NCBI GenBank assembly: GCA_038240295.1
Contig: JBBSDW010000004.1
Coordinates: 1-52,432 of the forward strand
Source: Candidatus Kapaibacterium sp.
GTDB taxonomy: Bacteria > Bacteroidota > Ignavibacteria > Palsa-1295
Direction of reading: 5' to 3'
Length of the DNA stretch: 52,432 nt
The stretch's first letter is position 1. Each line of letters opens with the position of its first letter. The notes under the pieces are model-generated. The model saw only the letters and a list, made by a program, of their open reading frames with translations. It did not search any database and was not told the DNA's origin. A program made the translations under genes and the position numbers. Shown one piece after another: positions 27,876 to 37,065 of this stretch.

Positions 27876-28837
27876 GGATATTCGTCGAGCCAGGTTGTCC
27901 ACCGATCGAGATCACCCGCCTCAAGTTTTGGTCCCCAGGGATCGCTTACCGAAGTTATGGGGATGATGCCATCGTGTGCGAGCACCCGCAGCATCCGCTG
28001 GATGTATCCTTCCATTGGATCGGTGAATGTCACTTGCGCGAAGTGATCGACCAACCCATTCAGCCTACGAAAGCGCTCATGATCGGCTGCAAAGTACGCA
28101 TTCAGTAGATCGGCCTGCATTGCAGTTCGTGCAGCGCCCATGCCGATGAGTGCCGATTCGGCTCCCATCATCAAGCTATAACCAAGAAATCGATCTTCAC
28201 CCGTGATGAGAAGTTGATCGGGATGCTGCTGCTCAATGAAATTTGCGACGCGCTGGAAAGTCATCACAGAATCAAGCGTCGCCATCTTGATGCCGGCCAC
28301 ACTATTCATTGCAAAGAGTGCAGCCAACTCTTCATCCGTATAAGAAATGCCGCCAGCCGCTTTGTAGAGATAAAAGAGGATGATCGGTAAGCCGGCGTCC
28401 GCAATCGCTTCGTGATACTCTGTTAGCAGCCGCATGCGTTCGGTCTCCGGCCTCTCGCGAAATCGCGTGGGTGCGAATGCAAGAATGGCGTCTGCCCCCA
28501 GCGATCCAGCTTCACGCGCCATGGATCGCGCAGTTTCGATGAATGTATTATCGCTTGACCCCTCTGGCTTCCCACCTGCACCACACACGATCACCTTCTC
28601 GGGAAGCGCTGACCGCCACGATTCGAAAACCACTTTACGTTGTTCAGTGGTCAACATCAATCCACGCCCGGTGTGCACCCAAACTGCAACGCCTCCAATC
28701 GGTTGTGCGGACATCCGCTTAGCGTACTCATGTTGCGCTGACTGATCCATCTCGCCCGTTGAAAGAAACGGGACCGGCACAGCTGGAATAAGCTGTCGGC
28801 GAAGTCGCGATTGAATATTTTTCGCAGCCTCGTTCAT
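27872..28837 (-). CDS. Dihydrodipicolinate synthase (DapA/NAL) family aldolase/dehydratase
   Basis: IPAVPVPF, GGVAVWVHTGRG (variant of GxTGE), GADAIL, LPIILFY, Schiff-base VAGIK, ITGED. Confidence 0.85.
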   Translation of the reverse strand: MNEAAKNIQSRLRRQLIPAVPVPFLSTGEMDQSAQHEYAKRMSAQPIGGVAVWVHTGRGLMLTTEQRKVVFESWRSALPEKVIVCGAGGKPEGSSDNTFIETARSMAREAGSLGADAILAFAPTRFRERPETERMRLLTEYHEAIADAGLPIILFYLYKAAGGISYTDEELAALFAMNSVAGIKMATLDSVMTFQRVANFIEQQHPDQLLITGEDRFLGYSLMMGAESALIGMGAARTAMQADLLNAYFAADHERFRRLNGLVDHFAQVTFTDPMEGYIQRMLRVLAHDGIIPITSVSDPWGPKLEAGDLDRWTTWLDEYP

Positions 28838-29961
28838 TTCTGAAAAAGTTTTTTTTCGACCGTGTATCGATCAAGCTTCGCAACATCGACTGAGTAGCCC
28901 ATGCCAAGCTCCGAAGGCGCATGAATAAAGCCTTGTGCATCGATCTCGATTTTCGGCGTGATGATGTCGTCCTCGAACCAGCGATCGGAGGCTTCGATGT
29001 CGGTTGGATAACGAAAACCGGCGAGTGGTGCGATCTGTAGCGCTTGTGCTGTTGCGATACCAAGCTCGGGCATCGTACCAAGCCAGAGCCTGAGATTTGC
29101 TGCGCGTGCACGATCATGCATTTGCCGCGCATTCCATAACCCGCCAACGCGCTGCACTTTGATATTGATGACCTCCGCACTTTTGAGCAGGATGATCCGC
29201 TCAAGATCTTCCATCGATTCAGCAGATTCATCCGCACAGATCGGTGTGCGAAGTAGTCGCTGCAATTCGGCCGCATCTTCAAAGACATTTTTTGCGAGCG
29301 GTTGCTCGATCATCATGAGATTAAATTGATCGAGCTGCAGCAAAATGTCGCGGTGTTCTGCAAGCGAATAGGAAGCATTCGCATCGACCATGAGGGGCAC
29401 ATCAGGATAATACTTTCGCACCATCTCGAGCGGCGCGATATCCCAGCCAGGTTGTATCTTGACTTTGAGGCGCTGATAACCGAGCGATAAATATTTGTCG
29501 ATCGCATGTTTCAGCTCAGCGAGCGTATCATAAAGCCCCACTGCAAGCCCGGAGCGTATGGGCTTTTGCCGCATTCCGAATAGCGAGCCAATGGAGGTCT
29601 TCATTCTCAGTGCAGCGAAGTGCCAAACTGCTCCCTCGATGCCTGCACGGGCAAATGGCTCCTTGCCGTAACTGTTCAAGGCTTCCGCAAAGCCTACCGG
29701 ACCAGGAATATCGCGCGAGAGAATATCGATGACGAGATCATTCGCAAGCGCCGACCATGTTGAGTCTGGGGTTTCGCTCGAATAGAAGCTTCCTGACATC
29801 GGGGAGGCTTCGCCATAGCCGATAAGACCTTCGCCATGGAGTTCGATCACGATCGATTCTTTCACCGCGACCGATCCGCTCGAAATCCGAAACGGTTCAT
29901 GCAGTGGCACTCGCACTCGGCGAAGCTTGACGTGATCGATCGTAAAGTGTGCGGATGGCAT
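28834..29961 (-). CDS. Enolase superfamily NAAAR/OSBS-type racemase (N-acylamino acid racemase / o-succinylbenzoate synthase family)
   Basis: GYGEA, KVKI, VDAN, IEQP, ICADES, NIKVQRVGG, YPTDI. Confidence 0.88.
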   Translation of the reverse strand: MPSAHFTIDHVKLRRVRVPLHEPFRISSGSVAVKESIVIELHGEGLIGYGEASPMSGSFYSSETPDSTWSALANDLVIDILSRDIPGPVGFAEALNSYGKEPFARAGIEGAVWHFAALRMKTSIGSLFGMRQKPIRSGLAVGLYDTLAELKHAIDKYLSLGYQRLKVKIQPGWDIAPLEMVRKYYPDVPLMVDANASYSLAEHRDILLQLDQFNLMMIEQPLAKNVFEDAAELQRLLRTPICADESAESMEDLERIILLKSAEVINIKVQRVGGLWNARQMHDRARAANLRLWLGTMPELGIATAQALQIAPLAGFRYPTDIEASDRWFEDDIITPKIEIDAQGFIHAPSELGMGYSVDVAKLDRYTVEKKLFQK

Positions 29962-30816
29962 TTATCCTTTGATCCCTGAACGTAAGAATGCGTCGGTCAC
30001 CCATCGTTGAACGATGAGATAAAGAATGATAACCGGCGCAACGCTAATGAGCGTGCCTGCCATGAGCAGATCGTAACGGCTCACGTGCGAGGCCGATTGC
30101 AGCGTTGCAAGCCAAAAGGGGAGCGTCATCTTGGAATCGGTCGAGAGAAAGAGTACGGGGCTGAGCAGGTCATTCCAGATCCCCATAAAGATAAAAAGTC
30201 CGAGCACTGCAAGCGCGGGCTTCGAGAGCGGGATGACGATCTTCCATAAGAACCGAAAGCTTCCGCCGCCATCTATCTGATAGACATCTTCCAACTCCTG
30301 CGGGATCGACTCAAAAAATTGCCTGAGCAAAAATATTCCGAACGCCCCGGTCGCAAATGCGCCGCCGAAGAAATGCGGAATGATGAGAGCCGAATGCGAA
30401 TCCATCCAGCCGAGCGTCTTTATCACCATGAAGACCGGCACCATCGTCACTTGAAACGGGATGAGCATCGTTGCAAGCAGCAAGGCGTAGATGATCTTCT
30501 TTCCGCGAAACTGCATCCTGGCGAAGGCATAAGCGGCGAACGTTGCGGCAAGCAGTTCGCCGATCGTGCCGAGCACGGTGATCTTCACAGAGTTGAAGAA
30601 ATAGGTATCGATGCGCATCGACTCCATCACATCGCCGTAGTTCGAGAAGTGCGGTGGATTTGGAAAAAACTCGGGCGGCATTTTCAAAACGCTCTCGGGT
30701 GATTTGAGCGATGTCGAGATCATCCAGAGAAATGGCGCGACGAGCAACAACGCGACGAGCGTCAGACCCACATATCGCAATAGCACCCAGGGCGAGAACG
30801 CCTGCCTTTCTTTCAT
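29962..30816 (-). CDS. Carbohydrate ABC transporter permease (MalG-like)
   Basis: PFLWMISTSLK, AYAFARM.F.G, LRQFFESIPQEL...IDG, PLSKP; ATGA overlap. Confidence 0.93.
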   Translation of the reverse strand: MKERQAFSPWVLLRYVGLTLVALLLVAPFLWMISTSLKSPESVLKMPPEFFPNPPHFSNYGDVMESMRIDTYFFNSVKITVLGTIGELLAATFAAYAFARMQFRGKKIIYALLLATMLIPFQVTMVPVFMVIKTLGWMDSHSALIIPHFFGGAFATGAFGIFLLRQFFESIPQELEDVYQIDGGGSFRFLWKIVIPLSKPALAVLGLFIFMGIWNDLLSPVLFLSTDSKMTLPFWLATLQSASHVSRYDLLMAGTLISVAPVIILYLIVQRWVTDAFLRSGIKG

Positions 30817-31697
30817 TGGGTGAAGACCCACCGTTTGCGTACCCAGAATTGGATAAGCGTCAGGAGCCCGAGAATGAGAAAGAGGATGTAGGCCATCGCC
30901 GATGCGCTGCCCATGTTGAAGAACGAGAAGGCGGTCTGCCAGATATAGTAACTCAGTGTGAGTGTGGAATTCCCGGGACCGCCTCCATGCATGAGGACAT
31001 ACGTTTGCTCGAAAACCTGAAACGCGCTGATCGTCGTTACGATAATAACGAAAAAGAGGACTGGAGATATGAGCGGGAGTGTGATGCCGAAAAACCTTCG
31101 CGTCCCGCCCGCGCCATCGAGTCGGGCTGCTTCGTGAAGTTCAGCCGGTACATTCGAAAGCCCCGCGAGAAAGATCATCATGTTGTAGCCGGCGTTCTTC
31201 CAAACGCTCAGGATCACCAGCGAGGGCATCGTCCAATGCGGATCCTGCAGCCAGCGCGGCCCGGTTATGCCGAACTTCAACAAAACAAAATTGATCAGAC
31301 CAACATCCGAGTTATAGAGCCACCCAAAGATCAGCGCGGCCGCAACCATGCTCGTAACGACTGGCAGAAAATAGACGGTCCGGAAAAACGCGATGCCCTT
31401 CAGCTTTTCATTCAACATCAACGCGAGTATTAGCGAGACGCTGACGCTGAGCGGCACGTAAAGCAGGACGTAGTAACCGGTGTTACCAACGACCTGCCAG
31501 AAAAGCTGACTCGCAAGAAGCAGCGAGTAATTCGATGCCCCGACAAATACCGGAGCGCTCGTTACATCCCAACGCGTGAACGATAGATAAAGCGATGCGA
31601 GGACGGGCCCGGCGGTAAAAACGCATAGCCCGATCAACACCGGCGCAAGATAGAGCCAGGGTTCATACCACCGATGCCGAGCGAACGAGCGAGCCAT
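30813..31697 (-). CDS. Carbohydrate ABC transporter permease (MalF-like)
   Basis: FRTVYFLP, EAA loop ELHEAARLDGA, ITLPLISP, FQVF, MGSASAMA. Confidence 0.93.
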   Translation of the reverse strand: MARSFARHRWYEPWLYLAPVLIGLCVFTAGPVLASLYLSFTRWDVTSAPVFVGASNYSLLLASQLFWQVVGNTGYYVLLYVPLSVSVSLILALMLNEKLKGIAFFRTVYFLPVVTSMVAAALIFGWLYNSDVGLINFVLLKFGITGPRWLQDPHWTMPSLVILSVWKNAGYNMMIFLAGLSNVPAELHEAARLDGAGGTRRFFGITLPLISPVLFFVIIVTTISAFQVFEQTYVLMHGGGPGNSTLTLSYYIWQTAFSFFNMGSASAMAYILFLILGLLTLIQFWVRKRWVFTQ

Positions 31698-31716
31698 GGT
31701 CAAATCTACGAAGGGA

Positions 31717-32586
31717 CTAGTCCGCCGGGTGGTAGGAGCGGACAAATTCGGCCGACTCGATCGACATTGCAAGTGTGATTTCTGACAACTTTATCGCTCG
31801 CTTGAGTTTCCTGGACCGCATTGCTGCAAGTTCTACGACAACCGCGTTTAGCGAAACCAGAATATTCGAGGCGCCTCTGCCTTCAGCAAATTCGACGAAT
31901 TTCTTAAGATAATTTTGGTAGATCGCGTCGGTTGGTATCTCAAATTTATGCAATTCACCCGCTTGTCGTAACTCGATCGACCACGCTTCTGACGGGAGCA
32001 AATGAACAAGAAAACCAGGCTCGGAAACGGTGATGCGCTCGGACGTTGCTTGAACTAACGTGCTTGGTTGAAGCGGAAAAAAATGCGCTAATAATTCAGC
32101 GGAATGAATGCCAATGAAAAACGGATCGAGCGGACCGCGAATAATAATGTCGGTTGTTTCACCTGTGCAATCTTGAGCAAGCGCATCAAGTACTTCCAGT
32201 GCATAAGGAAGAGCGGAGCCACCGAATAGGAGAGTGGGCCGTTGCGTGATGAGAAAGCGAAAGAGAAACACATCCCCCATGCTGCCACAAACCGGCTTGT
32301 CTGTAAGGACGATCTTATTTACACGGCTAAAGTCTGCAGCAATTTTGTAGTGATTCTCCCAGTCGACAGAAAGAATGATCGCCGCATCAATTTCGTGGGA
32401 AAAGGAAGTCCGCGTATCAGAAACCCGAAGCTCGAATTCCTCCGCAAACTCTTTGACCCATGCCGAGCTGCGTTTGCCGCTCAAGTTAAGAACGGCAGTG
32501 AGCTTGACTTCGGGCATGGTCCTAAGTATCTTCGCGAACGCTCTGGCGTGCGAAGTATCGGGATCGATGAAGCCAATGCGAATCAA
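31717..32586 (-). CDS. Gfo/Idh/MocA family oxidoreductase (DTSH subtype, divergent)
   Basis: IRIGFIDPDTSHA, DAAIILSVD...H, TDKP, GGSALPY, GIHSAE; TTG start just after the stop of the binding-protein gene. Confidence 0.7.
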   Translation of the reverse strand: MIRIGFIDPDTSHARAFAKILRTMPEVKLTAVLNLSGKRSSAWVKEFAEEFELRVSDTRTSFSHEIDAAIILSVDWENHYKIAADFSRVNKIVLTDKPVCGSMGDVFLFRFLITQRPTLLFGGSALPYALEVLDALAQDCTGETTDIIIRGPLDPFFIGIHSAELLAHFFPLQPSTLVQATSERITVSEPGFLVHLLPSEAWSIELRQAGELHKFEIPTDAIYQNYLKKFVEFAEGRGASNILVSLNAVVVELAAMRSRKLKRAIKLSEITLAMSIESAEFVRSYHPAD

Positions 32587-32591
32587 CGCCG

Positions 32592-33881
32592 TTACTGATT
32601 TGCGCGCGAGAGGACTCCGTTGATCGACTGGTCGATCGCCGTCAGGGCTTCGTGCACCGATTTTCGTCCCGCGAGCATATCCTGCACGTTCGGATCGAAG
32701 CCATGATCGCGCCACTCCTGCCAGCCTGGCGTGATGAGTGTGAAGACGTGGCCATTGTTGATCGCGAGCAGCGCATGCCGATCGCATTTTGGTTCGCCGT
32801 TCAAAAACTCCGCCGAATTTGCGAGCGGCTTATAGACCGGCATCGAGGTATTGAACAACTCATTAATGCCCGTCTTCGTCGGAAGCGTGACGATGAACTT
32901 GATCAACTCCCACGATTCGGCAACGTGCCGACTCGTCTTTGTAATACCGAATGCTTGCCCGTTCTGTCGATCGACTAATCCAGCACTTCCCTTCGGCGGC
33001 GCTGTAAGATCCCACTTAAAATTGGCGTGCGAAAGTTCTTGCTTCGATACGTCGAAATTCATCATCATCGCTGTTCGACCCAGCATAAATTTCTGTCCCA
33101 TGCTTTGCGAAGGATCGGGCGGCGGAGCGACGTGATACTTCTGTACAAGATCGGTATAGGCCTGAAACGCAGCGACGGACTGAGGCTCAAGCATCGCGCT
33201 TCGTGTGTGATCATCTGAAATGATCTTGCCGCCGTTCGAGTAGATCCATGTGTCGATCGCAGTTGACATCCCGTCGTCAACGATAAAACCCCAGATCTTT
33301 TTTGCTGGATCGGTCTCTGTGTTCGTAAGCTTTTGGGCGGCTGCGAGAAGATTTGTATAGGTCCAGTTGGTATCGGGATATTTCATCCCGGCTTTGTCGA
33401 AGAGATCCTTGTTATAAAAAAGCGCGGTCACGCCGCCGCAGGCAGGCATTGCCATGAGTGCGTTCTGTTCGAGGTTGTTTTTACGCCATACGGTAAAGAA
33501 CTGCGTGAAGAAATCTGCTTTTTTCAGATCGCGATCGAAAAGCGAATCGAGCGGAAGCGTGTAGTCGCGTTTGAAAAGCTCCTGACCGAACCAGTCGTCG
33601 ATCACAACAACATCGCCAAGCGGTGTGCCGGACGCGGCGGATGCGAGGATCTTCGTCGTGTAAAGTCCGAATGGGATCGCCTCGACATCAACGATGATAT
33701 TTGGATGGACCTTCATAAACTCGTCGGCGACATCTTTCTGCCAAACATCTTTTTGATCGACGTAGAAATGCACAAGCTTGATATGCGTCTTCCCGTCGGC
33801 TGATTCATCTTTTTTGCCACATCCAAAAAGAGTGACGAGTGCGAGGATGCCCAGGAGGCAGAGTTGTTTGGAGAACTTCAT
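32592..33881 (-). CDS. Carbohydrate ABC transporter substrate-binding lipoprotein
   Basis: Lipobox LFGC; FMKVHPNIIV, LFYNKDLFDKAG..YP..NWT, F..GRTAM (SBP_bac_1). Confidence 0.93.
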   Translation of the reverse strand: MKFSKQLCLLGILALVTLFGCGKKDESADGKTHIKLVHFYVDQKDVWQKDVADEFMKVHPNIIVDVEAIPFGLYTTKILASAASGTPLGDVVVIDDWFGQELFKRDYTLPLDSLFDRDLKKADFFTQFFTVWRKNNLEQNALMAMPACGGVTALFYNKDLFDKAGMKYPDTNWTYTNLLAAAQKLTNTETDPAKKIWGFIVDDGMSTAIDTWIYSNGGKIISDDHTRSAMLEPQSVAAFQAYTDLVQKYHVAPPPDPSQSMGQKFMLGRTAMMMNFDVSKQELSHANFKWDLTAPPKGSAGLVDRQNGQAFGITKTSRHVAESWELIKFIVTLPTKTGINELFNTSMPVYKPLANSAEFLNGEPKCDRHALLAINNGHVFTLITPGWQEWRDHGFDPNVQDMLAGRKSVHEALTAIDQSINGVLSRANQ

Positions 33882-34771
33882 TTGGTCTTGGAAACGGTAT
33901 CGTAGAAACGGTGCTGCTCATTCGCGAGCGCAGCATACTCTTTTGCATACAGATCAAGCCGCACAAGGCTCTCAATGTCGCTTCGCGTATGATCGAGTTT
34001 TGGGTCGATCAAAAAGCAATCGGATGTCTTACGCTTAACATCGAGATCGACTTCAGCGACAGCAATGCCTGGACGACGGCCTGTCTGCGCGATGACGTCA
34101 CCGTTATGATCGAATATCCGGCCCGTGCCTGGGAAATACCGGCCAGCATAAGGAGCGTATGGCGGCGCCTGCGCGTAGTTCGCTTCGACTAGCACCAATG
34201 AATTATCCATCGCTCGAACAGCAGCTTGTGCGGATAAGCCCTGTTGCGTCGGACCATGCGTCATTGTCGGCCAAAAGAGAATTTCCGCGCCCTTCATTGC
34301 GTAGATGCGTGCGATCTCTGGAAAATAAATATCCATACAGATCATTACGGCAATCTTCGCGGAGCCGAGATCGATGATCGGCAGATTGCTTCCTGCTGTC
34401 ACTCGTTTTATCTCTGTGCCTGTTGGCTGCAACTTGCGATAGGATCCTGCCGGCGTTCCGAACTTGTCGAAGACCGAAGCTTGATTGTAAAGCGTAGCTC
34501 CTTCGGTCACGTAGAACGGCGCTATGATCGCAAGCTTCGTTTTACTGGCGAGCGAAGAAAAGAACGTGCTCCATTTTCCGTCGATCTCGTCCGAACGATA
34601 AATATCTTCCGTATGCATCGTCGTAACGATCTCGGGTAGGCAAAGAATATCGGCCCGTTCGGATGCCGCTTGAAGTGCATATTCCTCAATGCGCACGAGG
34701 TTACGCTCGACGGTGTGAGGAGTGTCGTCGATCTCAAAGGAAACGGTCGCAATTCGAACAGGTCGCATCAA
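33878..34771 (-). CDS. Carbon-nitrogen hydrolase (nitrilase/amidase superfamily)
   Basis: Catalytic triad LPE, YRK and ICMD.YFPE; GAEILFWP; RAMDN. Confidence 0.92.
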   Translation of the reverse strand: MMRPVRIATVSFEIDDTPHTVERNLVRIEEYALQAASERADILCLPEIVTTMHTEDIYRSDEIDGKWSTFFSSLASKTKLAIIAPFYVTEGATLYNQASVFDKFGTPAGSYRKLQPTGTEIKRVTAGSNLPIIDLGSAKIAVMICMDIYFPEIARIYAMKGAEILFWPTMTHGPTQQGLSAQAAVRAMDNSLVLVEANYAQAPPYAPYAGRYFPGTGRIFDHNGDVIAQTGRRPGIAVAEVDLDVKRKTSDCFLIDPKLDHTRSDIESLVRLDLYAKEYAALANEQHRFYDTVSKTK

Positions 34772-37065
34772 TAGTCGATCAGGTGCTGCACTCCGGGCTC
34801 TAAGGTAACCGTCACGGTTGCGCGATGCATTCCAAACGCATTCTTAGTCCATGCAAGATCGATCGGTGTTCCGTCGAGTTTTGCCTTCGTGGCGCTCCTT
34901 GATAGCAACTGGATTGTTGATGAAATCGCTACACCCTCCATCGCCCCAATGATCACTTGCCGTGATTTGATCGCACGCTCGATTGTGATTGAAACTTTGG
35001 TCTGCCCCACACGGAGCCCGTTGGCGTGCGCTTCCTTCCACGATGCGGGCAGGTAAGGAGCAAACTTTGTGGAGTTGGAATAGGCGTCAGGCTCGAAGCC
35101 GAAAAGTGTTTGCAGCAGCGCGTCAGTGTTGAGTCCTGACTCCCACATCCTGCTTCGATGCGCGAGATGTTCGTAGCATTGATGCGGACCGCTTGTCTTC
35201 TCGTCGAGATATTCCCCGAACGTACCCGATGCATCCGCCCACTTGAGCATATCCTTTACTGCACGGTCGATGCCTGGATGGCCCATCTTTTTAAGCGCGG
35301 TCAGCATGTAGCCGATCGCCATCGTGACAGTCTGATCGTGCGAAGGTATGAGCCGGATAAATCCGTTCTTGTGATAAAGATGCTCGAAGGCATACCGTGC
35401 GGAGGCGCTCCCTCGAGGATCATCACCTGCAAGTGCGCCACTCCAGAGTGGCCTCAGAAGCCCTATCGAAAGCGGCGTGTGATCGATCTTTCCCTCAGGT
35501 GTCACGCGCATTGCATAATATTTCTTTCGGCTGAGCCAGAATGTTTTGTCGACCGCCTGGTGGATCTTGTCGCGATAATTTGCGAGGAACGCCGCTCTTG
35601 GATCAACAAGTAGATCGGCGAAGTGCGCGAGTATCTGTCCAGCACGAAGTGCGATGAATGAGTTATCGCACGATAATCCCTTGCGCATCGGACCGACCGG
35701 ACCAATACCATACGTCTCATCGAAGCAATAGTTGGCGAGATAATTATTCTCATGCAGACGCTGACGCATGAAGGCGCCAAGCATATACTCAAATCGCTCG
35801 CGCACGATCGCGAGATCGCCTGTGTGTTGAAAGTACCACCAGTACCACATTGCGCGAAAGGTCGGAACATCACCGGCCACAAAGTGCTCGACCTTCTCCC
35901 AATCCGGTTCATCCGGCAGCGGATCGCTCGGCTCGTAATCGCTTGGATAAACGCTGAGCAGTGCGCCACGCGAGCGATCAAGACCGTAATAGCGATCCAT
36001 CGACTTTCGCACCGTGTCGTGATGGCCGAAATTCAACATCACACGATGGGGACCGTTGTGATCGCGAAGCCAAGAACCGGTATAATCATCAATCACCACA
36101 AAGCCGCCAGTCGCACGCTCTACCGATTTTTGCAGAAGAAGATTATTCTCGATCAACTCAGAGTAGACCGGCTCGCTTGTGCCGATAGCTGCTGAGGCGC
36201 TATGCGATGTCTGCCAGTAGTCATAAACCTCCTGGAAAATGTGGGCGATACCGCGTCGCTCGATTTCCTTGTTCGTGCGCTCACCGGATGCGATCGCGGC
36301 ATCTCGTGATTCCGTTAACGCAGGACAAAGGTAGTGCACTGATTCGATCTGGGCGCCGGGTCCAAGCGTCTCCGTTCGCTGATAAAGATCGAGAAGCCCT
36401 CGGCGCTTGCCATCAACAATGCCTCGCAAAAGATATCGATACCGCTCGTGTTCCTCGATGTTGCGAGGGTATTCGCCGATCATGACCGTTCGCTGCTCGT
36501 CGAGTGTCTCGAGAATAGTTGTCGAGCTTAACGATTCGTGCGCCGATCGTTCACCTGCGATTGCAAACGGTATGTCCGGTAGCGCTTCGAAGCTGATGCC
36601 GACGTCGCTGATCGTGCGCTTCGTTAGATTCCTGAGAGATGCATATCGAATGATCGAGTGCAATTCCGCATGCACGGCGTTAACGGTGATAAGCTCGAAG
36701 CTGTCATCGCGCTCGGCCGTGATGATTATCGCGGCGTTGCGCACGTGCCACACGTGCGAACTCGTGGGGACGAAGCTGATCGGAGGATAAAAATCGCGGG
36801 AGGGTCGAACGGTGTCGAGAAAGAAGTTGGCGTTTTCGCCAAAGTTATAAGAGCTGAGATGCGGCGCCATGATGCGCTCGAGTGTGCTGACGCGTTCACG
36901 CACGCCAAGTCGCGCTGAGATATATCCATCGCCCGCAAGCAAAAACGCGTCGCGGCTATCTGCTCGCGCTTCGGAAGTAGGAGATGACCATAGGCTTACA
37001 TCCTTCAACCAGGGAAGGGAATCCGCAAGGTCGAACTTCGGAAATGTATAATCTTCAGATTTCAT
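34768..37065 (-). CDS. Cytoplasmic (alpha/alpha)6 glycoside hydrolase-like protein (GH15-like; family uncertain)
   Basis: YTGSWLRD motif, helical C-terminal half with FW...YY and FGEY, C-terminal beta domain FAPYLPASW; no signal peptide. Confidence 0.6.
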   Translation of the reverse strand: MKSEDYTFPKFDLADSLPWLKDVSLWSSPTSEARADSRDAFLLAGDGYISARLGVRERVSTLERIMAPHLSSYNFGENANFFLDTVRPSRDFYPPISFVPTSSHVWHVRNAAIIITAERDDSFELITVNAVHAELHSIIRYASLRNLTKRTISDVGISFEALPDIPFAIAGERSAHESLSSTTILETLDEQRTVMIGEYPRNIEEHERYRYLLRGIVDGKRRGLLDLYQRTETLGPGAQIESVHYLCPALTESRDAAIASGERTNKEIERRGIAHIFQEVYDYWQTSHSASAAIGTSEPVYSELIENNLLLQKSVERATGGFVVIDDYTGSWLRDHNGPHRVMLNFGHHDTVRKSMDRYYGLDRSRGALLSVYPSDYEPSDPLPDEPDWEKVEHFVAGDVPTFRAMWYWWYFQHTGDLAIVRERFEYMLGAFMRQRLHENNYLANYCFDETYGIGPVGPMRKGLSCDNSFIALRAGQILAHFADLLVDPRAAFLANYRDKIHQAVDKTFWLSRKKYYAMRVTPEGKIDHTPLSIGLLRPLWSGALAGDDPRGSASARYAFEHLYHKNGFIRLIPSHDQTVTMAIGYMLTALKKMGHPGIDRAVKDMLKWADASGTFGEYLDEKTSGPHQCYEHLAHRSRMWESGLNTDALLQTLFGFEPDAYSNSTKFAPYLPASWKEAHANGLRVGQTKVSITIERAIKSRQVIIGAMEGVAISSTIQLLSRSATKAKLDGTPIDLAWTKNAFGMHRATVTVTLEPGVQHLIDY

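Noticed and set aside
27872-28837. Assignment as dapA
   Set aside because: The GTTGE motif is replaced and there is no lysine-pathway context.
28834-29961. Assignment as menC in menaquinone synthesis
   Set aside because: No other men genes are present and the context is catabolic; NAAAR/OSBS members are often promiscuous, so no symbol was given.
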